A stretch of DNA of 63,738 bases, counting the filler, from Choristocarpus tenellus KU-1152 (taxonomy: Eukaryota; Protista; Phaeophyceae): NCBI GenBank assembly GCA_964200185.2. It is 10 parts of 10 records of this genome, joined end to end, with 100 filler letters (N's around TTAATTAATTAA, not from the genome) between each part and the next. Parts side by side here need not be neighbours in the genome. Positions count along the whole stretch, not along the records: positions 45,068 to 54,661 come from CAXNAD020003549.1; positions 54,762 to 57,999 come from CAXNAD020021338.1; positions 58,100 to 63,738 come from CAXNAD020010168.1; 7 more parts are not named here. One strand, 5' to 3'. Below, one piece after another: positions 49,617-63,738 of the stretch. The stretch's first letter is position 1. Each line of letters opens with the position of its first letter. The position numbers and the translations under genes were made by a program. The notes under the pieces were generated by a model. The model saw nothing but the letters and a program-made list of their open reading frames with translations, did not search any database and was not told the DNA's origin.

Positions 49617-52600
49617 CTATGCACCAATGCCAGTATCTCCCCAGGATTCTCCCTGCCACACTGAGAAGTCTTCATCCATGATGAGCTGTGCAATTTAACA
49701 AGAGATGAGGTGGTACTACAGTTATTTTTACTGCCCGATTTTGATTGATGGGGCATGTATAAATGCAAAACTATTAATAATACTACTACTCAGATTAGGA
49801 CTGGGGCTAGAAGAAGGCAAGGACAAACGATTTAGGTATTTAATTTTACTTCCTACCCAGAGAGTATTATATTTGAATCGATACAAAGCAAAAAAAAACC
49901 CTAGACCTCATTACTAATACAATTGTCATTAATATTACTATAAATACAAGGATAAACACAAAAATGTGTAGTACTCAGTATAATACTATTTTCATCACAT
50001 ACACTATGGCATTGCATGGACCCACAGAACATACCACGTAAGCACAGCACAGCAGTATAACCCTAACCCTGCCTATTAGAAAAAGGAGAAAAAGAGTTAG
50101 TATAACCTTAACCCTACCTACTACAGGACAAAAGACATGCCCTATGCGATGACATTAACGACATGAAAGTTAACATGGAGGGAGACTTGGGTCTGAGATC
50201 GACACGATAATGAATAAACAGACCAGCTCCAAGTGAATAGAAGAGTATCGTCACCATCATCACCAAGAAATAGAATGACTTGGTACTGTACATGCCATGC
50301 TTCGAATCATGCAATGCATGAACCACTCTGTAAACACCTTCAATTATTGCTGTGCATAATGAACAATTGTTTTGGAACATAGAATATATGCGCACTATCA
50401 CTGAAAGGGTTGCAATTTTCAAGAGTTGGAAACAAAATATATTTTTGTGTTCCTTGAAAACCTACAGTGCAATCCCAGAAAAAATAAAATTAAGTCACAA
50501 TGAGGGCGAAATATACTGAGGTATTCCATGGAAATATATAGCAATATTTGACTCCTAAAGTCACCAACTTTCAAATCAGAGTAGAGAGATGAAGGAAATT
50601 AGATTTTGTTCAATAATTCCAGTGATTCAAGGGCTTCCCCTCAGGCATGGACTAGATTTTCCCTCCTTAATTCTACGAGGGCTGTAGGAACCAACAACAA
50701 ATCATACAACAGAACGTCTTGTGTGCATACATACATACATGCATACATACATAGTCTTGTGTTGTTACCCTGAACTACTCCAGATATATTTTTGCAACCA
50801 TACACAAAACCCACCCCCTTCCTCTAAAAAAAACAAAACTACTCCTATTCTCAAAACTACCCCTTTCTGGCAGAGCTCACCTTTACACAGTGATAAATCC
50901 CAATCAGCGGGAAAATGATCCATAAAAAGTTGGGAAATACCACATACCCCACCAGCTCACCCTGACTAAGCATTTTGTGCCTGTAAGCAGAAGAGAGAGG
51001 GAAACACGTCGGAGTCGGGCCTAGGTCATATACTGCCCTCCAGCATATATGGTAGGGTTCCCTTTGACATTTTAATCACAACGGTGGTCCCAGTCAAGGC
51101 CATATGTGTCAATCAAGTGATACTGGTGACTTATGGAGTGAAGGAGAGGTTCAGATATGTAACAATCGCATCACACTCATTGTACATTGAACTTACACAA
51201 AGCTGTTGCTCTTATTGAAACAGACTCATTTTTTGGAGGAGAAGGTGGGGGGGGGGGGGGAAGGGGGGGGGGGGAAGGAAGAAAAGACTAAGATGGGAGG
51301 GGCGTCGGGTGGGNNNNNNNNNNTTTTTTTTTTTTTTTTTTTTTTGTAAAAAATTTTTTTGTGGGGGGGGGGGGGGGGGGGGGGGGGGGAATGGGGAGTG
51401 AGGAAGGAAGAAAAGACTAGCAAGTTATAGTTGAGGGGAGAAGACATAATTTACTGTAAAGGCTCATGTGGAACCTTGACTTTTCATGGGTCATTTCTTG
51501 CAAGCAAGAAAAGATACAGGCTAGTTGCATACACACTAGCATATTCAGTATTGTACTGTGCAATTAACATATTTTAGGACATATCTTTGTCTTATCAACC
51601 TCGCTATTCCACAAACACTCAAACAGCACTTTCAATGTGATTTGACTGATATTACTGAGCTGTATTGCACATGCCTGAACACCACCATCATCAAACCCTC
51701 TCCCCAACACAGATCCTAACCAAAATGTCATTACCTACTTAGATGGTCACTTATCATGCACATTCCCACTACCTCTGATTGTTTTCTATTTCTCACCTCT
51801 GATTATTGACAAAGGAGTAGAGATAGACGACGGTGCCGTAGAACATCTGGTAGAGAGTAAGCAACCCCACGATACCCGTAACCTTGTCGATCAGTAGAAT
51901 CGGGTAGAGGTGTTAACTGGTTGGGGCATGTACAGCAGACTTAAACGGGAGCGATTAGGGCATGAAGTTGATAGATGGACGATGACTTCACACTTCTAGC
52001 AAGGAAATGCTCCTTGATTGCAAACATTCTTTCGCTGGCGCAGTGGTTGCATGTACCGAAACTCGGTTGCCACGACGATCAGGCCCTACGATGGTTGGCT
52101 TTTGTGTACATCCTCAGTGAAAGGTGGAGTTTGTTAAACATAGGAGTAGATACTAGTTTATAGTCGTAGAGGACTCTGAAACAATTCAGTATGGAGTTGA
52201 TATATTTAGACTGAAGGTCAAAGATGAAACAAAGCAAAGTGCATAGCCGCGATTCAGCGGTTTACAAAGATCGTGACATGAGGCATCAACCTCCAACTTG
52301 AGATATTTTTTACTCAGGTTTTAACACACACATATTTTTTATGTAGCAGAGACTATTCCTCATCATGTGTCGTACGTTGACGATGTAACAGAGTGAAGCA
52401 GTTTCTACACCTCTCTTCACGACATCCCCAACCCTTGCGTAGGCAAACTCGACTGTCGACGATCATAAACTCAACGTCAGGGCTCACCTTAGGTCCTGTC
52501 GGTGGCTTGATTATGGAAAGCATGAGGAAGATGTTTGGCAGTAGGGTAGAGAACCCATTCCCAACGTCAATGCAGTACCCAAACGTCTTCTTGTCTGAGT

Positions 52601-53080
52601 ATCCCTCATCGAACCTTGAGTAGTCTATCCATATATTCGCCCAGAAATTGGGGCTGAACACATCCTTCAGCCCCATACCCCGAAAAATCACGATTGGGAG
52701 TGATTCAGTCTGTACCATGAGAAGGTTTTAGGCATGTTGAGGAAGAAGAGGAGAAATGTGGGAATCATGGCAAGGCAAGAGTGATCGAGCAAAGGCCGTG
52801 AGAGCGTGAGCGACATATTTCACGAGGCAAGGCACTTTCTCCTTCACAATCAGCTCACATTACCATCCTTCTTTCGCTTCAAGTATGTTGATCGGATGAG
52901 GTCGTACCGGTAGCATAGACACAATTCCCACAGACAAATGAGCAAGTTGATGCACAAGAACAAGAGAAGTCCTTGTACAGAGAAGTTTATTCCGCCATAA
53001 AGCTTCAGGTGGGCCCCACCCAGACAGATGTATGGGAGCCCAACAGCAGCGCATACGACCAATGCTACAGGAAACACCAT
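49617..53080 (-). CDS. EBP/EXPERA-like polytopic membrane protein; 5 exons
   Basis: Exons 53080-52859, 52709-52488, 51882-51797, 50980-50881, 49685-49617 join in frame. Motifs INLLICLWE, IWIDYSRFDEGYSD, DVGNGFSTLLP, QMFYGTVVY, PNFLWIIFPL resemble the sterol-isomerase/EXPERA layout. Start codon uncertain. Confidence 0.8.
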
Positions 53081-53739
53081 TCCGTAATCTTCCTTTAACC
53101 CCTCCACTCCTAAGTGTAGTTCTAAATGTTAATCTCCCATCTCACAACTAAACAGAATTCCTGTTTGATGTGTGAGAAAATTAAGGTGTATATCTAAAAA
53201 AATATGGTGGGGGTACCATAGAAATGATGAATATAATATGTAAGTATTCAAACTATTTATGTGAACGTAAAACCATACATCTACTTCGAACAGTGTCTAA
53301 TCCACGAACTGTATTCATACATGGTTGGGACAAATTGATTGGTACGATGGTTTCGAAACACGTACGAGGTCTCGACTTGAGCTCGATATGGATGGATGGA
53401 TGCTTGCATACTCCTTCCACGTACGTACGTAGGTTCAGTGTCTGCGACTTACACAGCTAAATGAATATTGAAATGGTAGGAGCATCAAAACCTTGCTTGA
53501 TTGCTTATGTCCGAGGTGTACTAAATTGGTGCGTATATGGTCATGTCGTCTTAGGGTCACTAGTGTTCTGGAAAGGTGGATGGACAGCAAAATTAGAAGG
53601 TTAGTGAGCTTTCCTCGTGATGTGTCCCTCTCATTGTATCATTGTCGATTATACTGAAGAGTAGTCCATTGACAACATCACAATGTTAGGAACACATCGC
53701 AAAGTCCACTGACCTTCCCTTTTGGCTGTCCCTCCACTT

Positions 53740-53912
53740 TTCATCAGAACCCTACACCTCACCGTATTCTCCCCACCAGAGTGGAGTTACGGAAAGAGAG
53801 TGGGGTGTTTTATTCGATATAGTAAGATGTTTTTTGGCAAATAAGACGCTGCCGAAGAAATTGTGGTCAGAAGCTTTGAGAACAGCTGTATATCTGAATG
53901 GTCGGACACCTT
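53740..53912 (+). mobile_element. Copia integrase fragment
   Basis: LPKKLWSEALRTAVYLNGRTP, preceded by a decayed PYSP.Q.GV.ER motif. Confidence 0.75.
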
Positions 53913-54192
53913 ATTATGTTTGGAATGGCGTTGGTACAAACCTACACAACCTGCTTCCATACCACTTACCACCTCCATCACCGCCCCCTAGCACCTCCAA
54001 CAAACTCCACACCCATGCACCCCTTTCACTTTGCCCACACTGCCGTCACAGACCCAGCCCTAACTAACTTTCCGGGAGCCGCGCCCATTTCCACACCATA
54101 TTACCACCACATCCATCCCATGCCCAAGAAGACCACCCCCCCACACACACCATCACTTGCCCAAGACCCCCCCCACCACACACCCCACTTCA

Positions 54193-54374
54193 GGCTCAAA
54201 AGTATTTTGGCGGGGGTAGCGGCTGCCCATTTGGGGCCAATTTTTTCATATCGCGATTTTTTAGTGATTTGGCTGCATACATCGAATGGATAATGTTAAT
54301 GCACTTTTCCTGACTTTTCCCAAAATAATGGACACCCTGGTGTAGACCCCCCATACACACAGTTACTTTGGGTC
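54193..54374 (+). mobile_element. Short TIR family B element
   Basis: GGCTCAAAAGTATT...GTTACTTTGGGTC; aligns with 43791 onward and loosely with the family A right end. Confidence 0.7.
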
Positions 54375-54377
54375 TCA

Positions 54378-54661
54378 CTTGCCCAAGACCCTCTACACAT
54401 ACACCACTGAACCTACTCAAGACCCACCACAACACGTCCCAGCAACTGCTCTAGACAACCCCTACACACACACTACTGAACCTGCTCAAGACCGTCAACA
54501 CAGAATCCGCTCAAGACTACCCCCAACATATCACAGAAACTGCTCAAGACCCACCCCCACATATCACAGAAATTTATTGCTCAAGCCTCCCCCTACCACA
54601 TCACAGTACTTCGCCAAGAACCCCCCCCCCTACCACATGACAGAACCTGCTCAAGACCTCC
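54378..54661. repeat. Degenerate ~30-bp tandem repeat
   Basis: Recurrent (GAAC)CTGCTCAAGACC(CA-rich) units. Confidence 0.7.
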
Positions 54662-54761
54662 NNNNNNNNNNNNNNNNNNNNNNNNNNNNNNNNNNNNNNN
54701 NNNNNTTAATTAATTAANNNNNNNNNNNNNNNNNNNNNNNNNNNNNNNNNNNNNNNNNNNN

Positions 54762-56400
54762 CTGCTGCACTCACACCCGATGATTCACTAGCCCCCTGCA
54801 CTTCACCTCCACTTGGTGCAGGTGGTGGAACATTCCCACCTCCCACTGGTACAGGCAACTCTGGCACTGGAGGTGAAGAATCTTACAGGCACAAATGGTA
54901 GCGGGATTGGGGAGAGGAGCTTAGGCAATCCTGAGCACAACATCCGTGCATAATTTCTAGTGTTGTAAATCATAACAATAGTAATTCAATCGCTACAATT
55001 CGATAAGACTGTGATCAATCAAAGGCAAAAATTGAGGACCGAATTGCAATTGGTTCATTTTCACATGAATGCAAGCTGTGCACAATGTAGACATATATAT
55101 ATATATCTCAGCAATTAGCACGCCTCCATTTGTGTACTGTATATGATCCGATTATTACTCAATACATCAAAATTTTGGTAGCGAATTCGCCTATACTCAT
55201 AAATGCTTTTGATCCTCATCATCAACAAATATTCTATTGAATTGTACTCTACAGCAGAGATAAACGAGCTTAACCACTCTGAAATGCACATCTTCCACTT
55301 AGGTATTGACATGGAACTTTGAAAATCATTATTATCCATGGTACAGATCCAAAGCTACGAGTTACAAGTGGTGTAGATAGACCTCAAGACTCACTGCGAA
55401 GTTGTAGCCAAGACCTAGACACATAGCAAAGACAAGGAATTTTTGTGACATGTGACCATGATTGCGACAGTAACAGTGAGAGAGAAAAGTATGTCCTCAA
55501 TAATATACCACCACCCATGTCTGAGGAATACACAAGGGAACACTAAATTTGCTTTGGATCCATACAGAAAAAATGACAAATAGTAGAAAAAAAATGCAAA
55601 ACAAATATATCTCAGCCGTCAAGTTGAATCAGGATACATGAAATTACCATGCACGATCACCTTTTACAGACACCTGACACTCTAGACTTCTTAGAGGCAC
55701 ATTCTCATTCTCACCCTCTAGGAGCAAGGTATCACCAGAAACAGGTTATCAGGCCCATTCACTTCAAGAAATTCTGGAATTGTAAAAAGTTGACATTGTC
55801 ACAGAGCAAGGCTTTTTTAAGGCTGCCGTCAACGAGAAATGCAACCTGTTGTTCAAATATTTCCTACCAACAACAATCCGTATCATAATACTAATGATCG
55901 AAGGTAGCAAGTATGTTTCTCTTTGTGTACGACAAGTCATAGATGTATGACCAGGGTTGGACAAACCTGCTTTGGAGGTTGCCATTGCTGGGGGAAATTT
56001 TGATGTAGACCTCTGCACCAAACGTTTAGGAGCTGCCTTAGGGCGTCTCACTGGCACGGCAACGCTTGATGGAGTGTCATCTCCCAAGTCCATGGTGGCC
56101 TCCCCATTGTAATCCATCTTGGACGCGAATTGTTTCAGCTCATCCACAGAGAACGCAGCCGAAGCGGCCGCACACTCGACGCATGTACAATCCGACGACC
56201 GTTTGCATACCTTTACATTGATGGTGAGTCAGCGAGACTACTGGCGAAATAAAACAATACGAAACCCACCCAAAGCTAGACAAGATATGAGTGTAGAACC
56301 ACGCTCAGAGTAGGAAATCTGGCTCGTTTCAAGATTTCAAGAATACCACAGTACGCAATCTAGATCGTGTCAAAAAATCCACGCGTACCTGGTTCGCCAT
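54762..56400 (-). CDS. 5' part of an unidentified protein with an N-terminal Cys cluster and Pro-rich linker
   Basis: Exons 56400-56389 (MANQ), 56210-55967 and 54881-54762 join in phase: MANQ|VCKRSSDCTCVECAAASAAFSVDELKQF...KA|DSSPPVPELPVP. Confidence 0.7.
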
Positions 56401-58811
56401 GGAACAGGTTGTCCAAGATCACTTTCAGCCAGATTGACTTCGAGTCAGAGAGATCACCTTGAACCTCCCTCTTGAAACAAGGAATTTTGATGCAAGAGTC
56501 GAGACAGGGGGAAAGAGAATGATGGAGGCGGTGAGGCCCTTAACCGGTGTTCTTTCCAACCAAAAACGACATGGCTACTATTTCTGTACTATGTGAAAAC
56601 AAACGACAACCAGAGTGACGACAAACACACTACGGTTTGTCTGTTGTAGATGAGGAAAGGGTGGGCAATCGCTATCTCCTTCCCATATACCCCTAGTCTC
56701 TCACTTGCAAATTGATATTGCTTTTAAAGCTCTCTGGCTGTACAGGGTGATTTCAAGCTCCTTCGGCCCCTAGGACCACCAGACAGGTGGCTTGTCCGTT
56801 GAGTATTGCGATTCAAAGAAAGTCGTAGAAGGAGAGGAGTTGATGGACTCAGCAAAGAACCAAACGGCAAGGTTTTTGAATACCTATGACATATTCGTAC
56901 AAAAGAATATATATTATTATAGTAGTACTAATAATATACAATGGATCCGATAAAGCTGAGATCAAGAGTTCGAGCCCCAGCATGAAAGCCCAAACCATGT
57001 GTGTGATGAGGGGCATTGAGATATTACAGATACGAGGTTTCAGAAAAGACTGTGAGGTAAGACTGAGTCATCCTGGGCATATGTCGACAGTCTCAGAGGG
57101 ACATGTCAGAAAAGAAGAAATCATCTCGAGTTTTGCTCGTATACACCACTCATATCAGATTACCTCGAATCAGTCGTGCGTCTGACCCACACCACATCAC
57201 CTGGACGGGTCCTAATGGCAAAGAGGAGCACACATTGTCTGCGAATATGTCTGTACTCATTATCCATAACAGTGTTGTTAGGAGATGCCAAAAAGGGACA
57301 TGTCCCACAATGAAGTGGAACAAAAATAAAATAAAAAGAGGACAATTAGAAAAGTCTGCTATTTTCAAAAGTGATTCAACAGTGAGTACCAACAATGTAT
57401 ATGGTCATACCTACCATTATTTGTGTACATACTACATACTACATAGTACCCCCATCCCCCCAGACACGACCCAGACATGCAAATCAGTGAACAAATGGTT
57501 AATGCATTACATTTCTTTGTAAACCAAAAATTGTGGAAGCCCCACATAGTATGTATGTACCTTGAACCACCATCCATATCTGTACAATAGTAAGGATTGC
57601 ACATATCTGTACACACAAAAATTGGATATTGTACTAATGAGCAGACTAGTTTACAACAATACCATAGTGGAAGCAACACAGAACTCTCAGTCCTCTTCAC
57701 ATTCCATCTCCGGGACATGTCGCAGACAGAGGCACAGGCAGACCTTGTCTCGATCTAGCAAACATTCTCCTCAAAAGGGACAAAGGGGGACAAAAGACAA
57801 CCACCACATGACAAAAAAATAACTACTCAAAAGAGTGACTCAGAAATTAAACAAAAAATATAAAAAAATAACAACCATATTACTGTCTGGATTTCGTATC
57901 CTCTGTAAGAGATGCAAGTCACCTGATTGTTGTTCTGACACATCCTCCACACCCTTGGTCCTAGCCTGAACTCTCCCCCCCCCCCCCCCCCCCCCTCACN
58001 NNNNNNNNNNNNNNNNNNNNNNNNNNNNNNNNNNNNNNNNNNNTTAATTAATTAANNNNNNNNNNNNNNNNNNNNNNNNNNNNNNNNNNNNNNNNNNNNC
58101 TCTTTAAAAAAGCATGATGAGTGGCGTTTTTATTGGGGGGGGGGGAGGGGGGGGGGGGGGAAGGGGGGGAAGGGGGGAAATGATCATTCTACTTTACATT
58201 CCTGCATTCTTATGCAAGGAGTAGCCTCCCCTCAAAGCACAACCACTACAACCACCACCAGTGGCACCAACGAGTTGGAGCAGGGACACACCCGCAGAGG
58301 TCAAAGAGAAACAAATAATAAAAAGCACATATTGGCATTCAAACACGCCAACTTATAGGCAACAATGCGGGGACGTACCAATACACCAATGAGGCGTGTC
58401 TACAATTTCACGACTTCAATGTAAAGATCACATGATCGTGCAACTTTCCAATAAATGCAGGTGAGTTTCAAAGTACATCCATTCACAAACACCTACAGGC
58501 ATGTTGTACACAGGAAAATAAACAACAAAGAACATGACATATGTTGGTGCTGCGTATATAGCCCGGGGGCACTCACGATCTTGATCATCATGCCAACTCT
58601 CAGTTCAGCCTTCCCTGCCTAGCATGCACTAGAGTACAAGTAACTCCTTTAATATAGCAGCGGTACTATTACTACATAATACTACCATCCCTATCCTTAG
58701 TATCATGTACTTCTGAAGTATAACAAAATGTAACTGTACAGTTCCTGGTCTAGTCTCACTTATTACTATCATTATCAACTGCATCAAAAAGCTCAATCCA
58801 AAAACACCAAC

Positions 58812-60903
58812 CTGGTCCAGTAACCTGGCTCCTTGTAGTCCTTCCGGAATTTCTCAACCGGTCCCTTGACCTCTGCTTCTTCAGCCGTTGCTACCGATGA
58901 CGCCATAGTTTCCACGGCACCTGTAAATCTGGTCCTGCCAGTGGAAGGACGAGAAGGGGTTGGGGTGGTAGGTAAGCAGGATATAGAATATTGTTGCAAA
59001 CTACACATTTTTAGGTGTCAAACTCGAAAAAATGTTCCAGGAACTAGCAGTGAAATGCAGTTGAAAAATGCTGCAGCATAGATTAACTCTTCAACAGGTT
59101 GTGGTCGTAATAATAAGCACACACACACACAAACACACATATATATCATGCTGCTCCACAAACAGTTTGCATAGAATATAATAGATACCTCATACAAATA
59201 TGCACTTATCAAGGCAACCCCATAGGCAGTGAAACTTGATTTGTACATGTCCCCCAGGATTGAGGAAAAGAGTGCCTCATATTTGTATGCGATTCATTAC
59301 TGGGGTTGATCAGAGAGGGTTGGTATTGTTGGGTACATCACTCCAGTTATAAGGTGCAGGATAAGTTGCATTGGTAAACACAGTAGTGAAGCATGAAACA
59401 TATTTTTGTAATTACTGCACCATGTATTTATCACAAGCAGCAACAAGTCCTACATATAGTATCTCTTGGAAGCAAGAAAAGCCACTGCACAAACCAGTGA
59501 TAAATTGAATCCAGTAACCCTCACATATCTGATCTTAATGAAGACAAGAAGAGCCAAAGTACGAGCCATCAATTCAATCAAGGTTATATGCATCGCCAAA
59601 ATTACCAACCAATTGAACCACTGCCAAATTTATCTTACCTCCAGCCTGGGAAAAAGATACAGCAGCTTTGATTAATAAAACATGACCATTGCGGCTGAGC
59701 AAGACTCTACAATACATAGATACAGCAAATCGCAACGGATTGTTTGGACATCCCTTGGGTACAAACGAGACCAACGCAATCCGATGTCTTACGCATAGTC
59801 TCCAACCTTGGCTATCTATCCCTGAGCCCTGCAACAAGCCTTTCACGACGCCAGGGGGGGGATAGCATTGGTGCCCTATGACAACCTGCCGCCCTTGTCA
59901 CAGAGGCTAGGAAATACACCAACATATAGCAAAACATGATAATTGTGAGGCAACCTCAACTTGTTGCTGCTCACTTTTACTCTCGGCAGTAGTGGAGTAA
60001 GATCAGCACTATTTCTCCAAAGACGGAGAGAGAGAGACAGAGAGTGTATGTGTGTGTGTTTGTGTGTGGCATGTAAAAGATGAGTTGCATATTCGAAAAT
60101 ATGAAGGACTACTAAAACTTCCTCGAGTTCACCTATACGCTATTCAACTATATGTAGTTTTCAGGTTTTCACGCAACCACTGACTTATATGATAGACGAG
60201 GGGTTAGAAATGGAAAGGTTACTTGGCACTTTTAGTATGCCGACTCAAGCTCCAGAGTGTTCGGATTGTTGAGCACGACAGGCTTCCCCTTCCCAGATGC
60301 GGAAATATGCGACATTTCCTAGGAGTGTGCCAATTGTTACACTTGAACGGAGAGACAAGGCAGCAAGAGGTGTACTTCCCACCGTGCTATCAGTCTGGAG
60401 ATTTCACCATGCATGAGATAAACATAGCATTGTCGACTTGTTCATTTAAACTAAATATCGCTTTCGCATCGATACTGCATCACTATCCGAGACTAGAGTA
60501 CATGTAGACGTCCATGTCAAAGCCCTCTCGTGGTCCCTCCATGACCATACAGCAACCGATAGGGAGACACCAATATTTGACTGACCTTGTACTTGCTGAG
60601 ATACCAGCAGAACCTCTGACTGGGGCTATGAAGGCAGGGAATATTGAGTTACTTCCTTTCTGAGTTACCCTGACAAAGCTGTGCATCTTTTCAAGAGAGA
60701 GGCTGCCGATTAGCGCAAAGAGGATTACCCCTGGCCTCAACGCTTCAACTATCATACTCCAAAACTAGCACACAGTCGGGTGGTGCAATATGTCGCAAGT
60801 TATAGAGACGAGGTCAGAGATGCACAGGGGAGAAGGAGGTAGCCTGATCGATGTATGAACGTAAAGGATGACAAGGGAGACATATTACCTGGGAAGCCGT
60901 CAT
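58812..60903 (-). CDS. 5' part of a probable organelle-targeted M1 aminopeptidase N (PepN-like)
   Basis: Exon 58920-58812 encodes PVEKFRKDYKEPGYWT, the PepN N-terminal motif. Upstream candidate exons 60903-60889, 60764-60586, 60318-60223 give a hydrophobic then Ser/Arg-rich presequence. At least one intermediate exon is unresolved. Confidence 0.6.
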
Positions 60904-60996
60904 TTTGCACCACAAGTGTTTTAGTACTCTTTCCCACTAAGGGTCAACAACCCCGCAACTACTTAAGTGTTACACCTTTGACACACGCTTCATAGT

Positions 60997-62560
<1,564 letters not shown>

Positions 62561-63738
62561 GTTAGTTCATTGGTTAGGGTTAGGGTTATATACATACACT
62601 CCATGCCAAAATACACAGGAAAAGAGTGAAAAAAAACTAAGATATTGCATGATTAGACATGTAAGGGTCTGCAGCGTGTGTGGATGTGTGTCAAGGGGGT
62701 TGTAGTGGATAAGGAGGCATTCTTCATCATTATGCTGAGTACCTCGTACTGTAAATCCTAGGATAAAAGGTTGGGGCCAAGGGATGAAGGATTGAGAGTC
62801 TTGTGCTTAAAGTCTACAGGTTGGGTGAAGACAACAATGAGGGAGGGTTATGAGACGGATTTTAGGAAATTTACCTACAGGGGGGATTGGTTTGCATGTC
62901 TTGGACCTACAAATGTGTGTATGAGTATGTTTTAACAAACACAGTTTCCCCTTTGCCATCATTCTGCAGCAAAGATTAGGTCCAGAGTTGTAGGTGAAAG
63001 GGGTAGGATTGTCGAGGGAGCCAGAATGATGCAGCTGAGAGCATTGGAGGATGAAGGGAGGTGGCTTATTTTGTTCTTTGTTGGGGGTACATCATTATTC
63101 GTGGATGGCCTTTGGAAAGGAGACAACTTTGTTCCTACACATCCTCATTAGAGTTTATAAATAGTGCAAGAGAGATGCTGCAGTCCTTTGTGGGCTTTTA
63201 ATTGAATGGCATTGTGTCCAGAATAACAAGGAAAGCCTTGTATTTCTTAAGATTCTGAACCGCATAGTAAAATGATGGCAGGTTTTGCTTGTTTATGTTG
63301 GCGTTCGTTTTTCTGCCATAATCGTGTGTGTGTGTGTGTGTGTGTAGGAGTTGGATGGATAGTATGGCCGTGCTGACAGGATACTTGAGTGAGAAATGAA
63401 CCTTTTGAGTTTGGTCGAATGCATTCATAGCATGACGATTGTGTAACTCCCATGACGATTGTGTTCGTTTGAGCATCCTGGATCTACCATGGAAGCACAA
63501 TTCAAATCGATTCTTCTTTTTTTCAGACTAGGCGCGCGTCACAGAGCCCCTCGCAATCAATCCGCAAACCTACTTCAAAGCTCGAGGAGTAAGTTGTAAG
63601 TTGTCTTTAACTTACATTTATGGAATCATTTCACAGTACGGAATGGTTTTTTTTCGGGGGGGGGGGGGGGTTCAAATTTTAAAAAAAAGCGGAAGATTGG
63701 TTTTTTGAAACCCAAATTTTCCCTTCCATCTTCTTAAA

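Noticed and set aside
56684-57780. Possible minus-strand exons upstream of the Cys-motif gene
   Set aside because: Could not assemble a phase-consistent, recognisable model.
58576-58620. Possible next aminopeptidase mini-exon (VGMMIKI|GTGAGT)
   Set aside because: Good donor but no convincing in-phase acceptor; left out of the model.
60881-60893. CATATTACCTGGG resembling the U1 snRNA 5' end
   Set aside because: It is the reverse complement of a splice donor; no U1 stem-loops or Sm site follow.

Overview
Eukaryotic, intron-rich, repeat-laden nuclear DNA. It is probably a stramenopile and most likely a brown alga; this is inferred from an axonemal dynein, a bipartite-looking presequence, TTAGGG-type repeats and a brown-alga-like retroelement domain. 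The window is not contiguous: ten short contigs are joined by artificial 100-nt N44-TTAATTAATTAA-N44 spacers, so adjacency across spacers means nothing. Spliced genes or fragments reconstructed by eye: an SLC25 (PMP34/PXN/ANT1-like) carrier, an orphan membrane protein, a Gly/Val/Thr-rich 50-aa tandem-repeat beta-fibre-like protein with a GC-AG intron, an Aa_trans amino-acid transporter, an inner-arm dynein heavy chain fragment, an SLC17/PHT4 transporter 3' end, an EBP/EXPERA-like membrane protein, a Cys-motif orphan, and an M1 aminopeptidase head-to-head with KRR1. Mobile DNA: Copia and Gypsy relics, a solo LTR with a target-site duplication (TSD), RLE non-LTR remnants, a plant-mariner-like element with intact boundaries, putative Sola-like and hAT relics, and at least 9 copies of a ~255-bp GAG...CTC hairpin MITE plus related families. 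Most striking signals: short TTAGGG/CCCTAA seeds scattered through introns, one MITE copy converted toward perfect telomere repeat at three separate sites, a telomeric array at a branch-point position, and the uncharacterised beta-repeat fibre protein.
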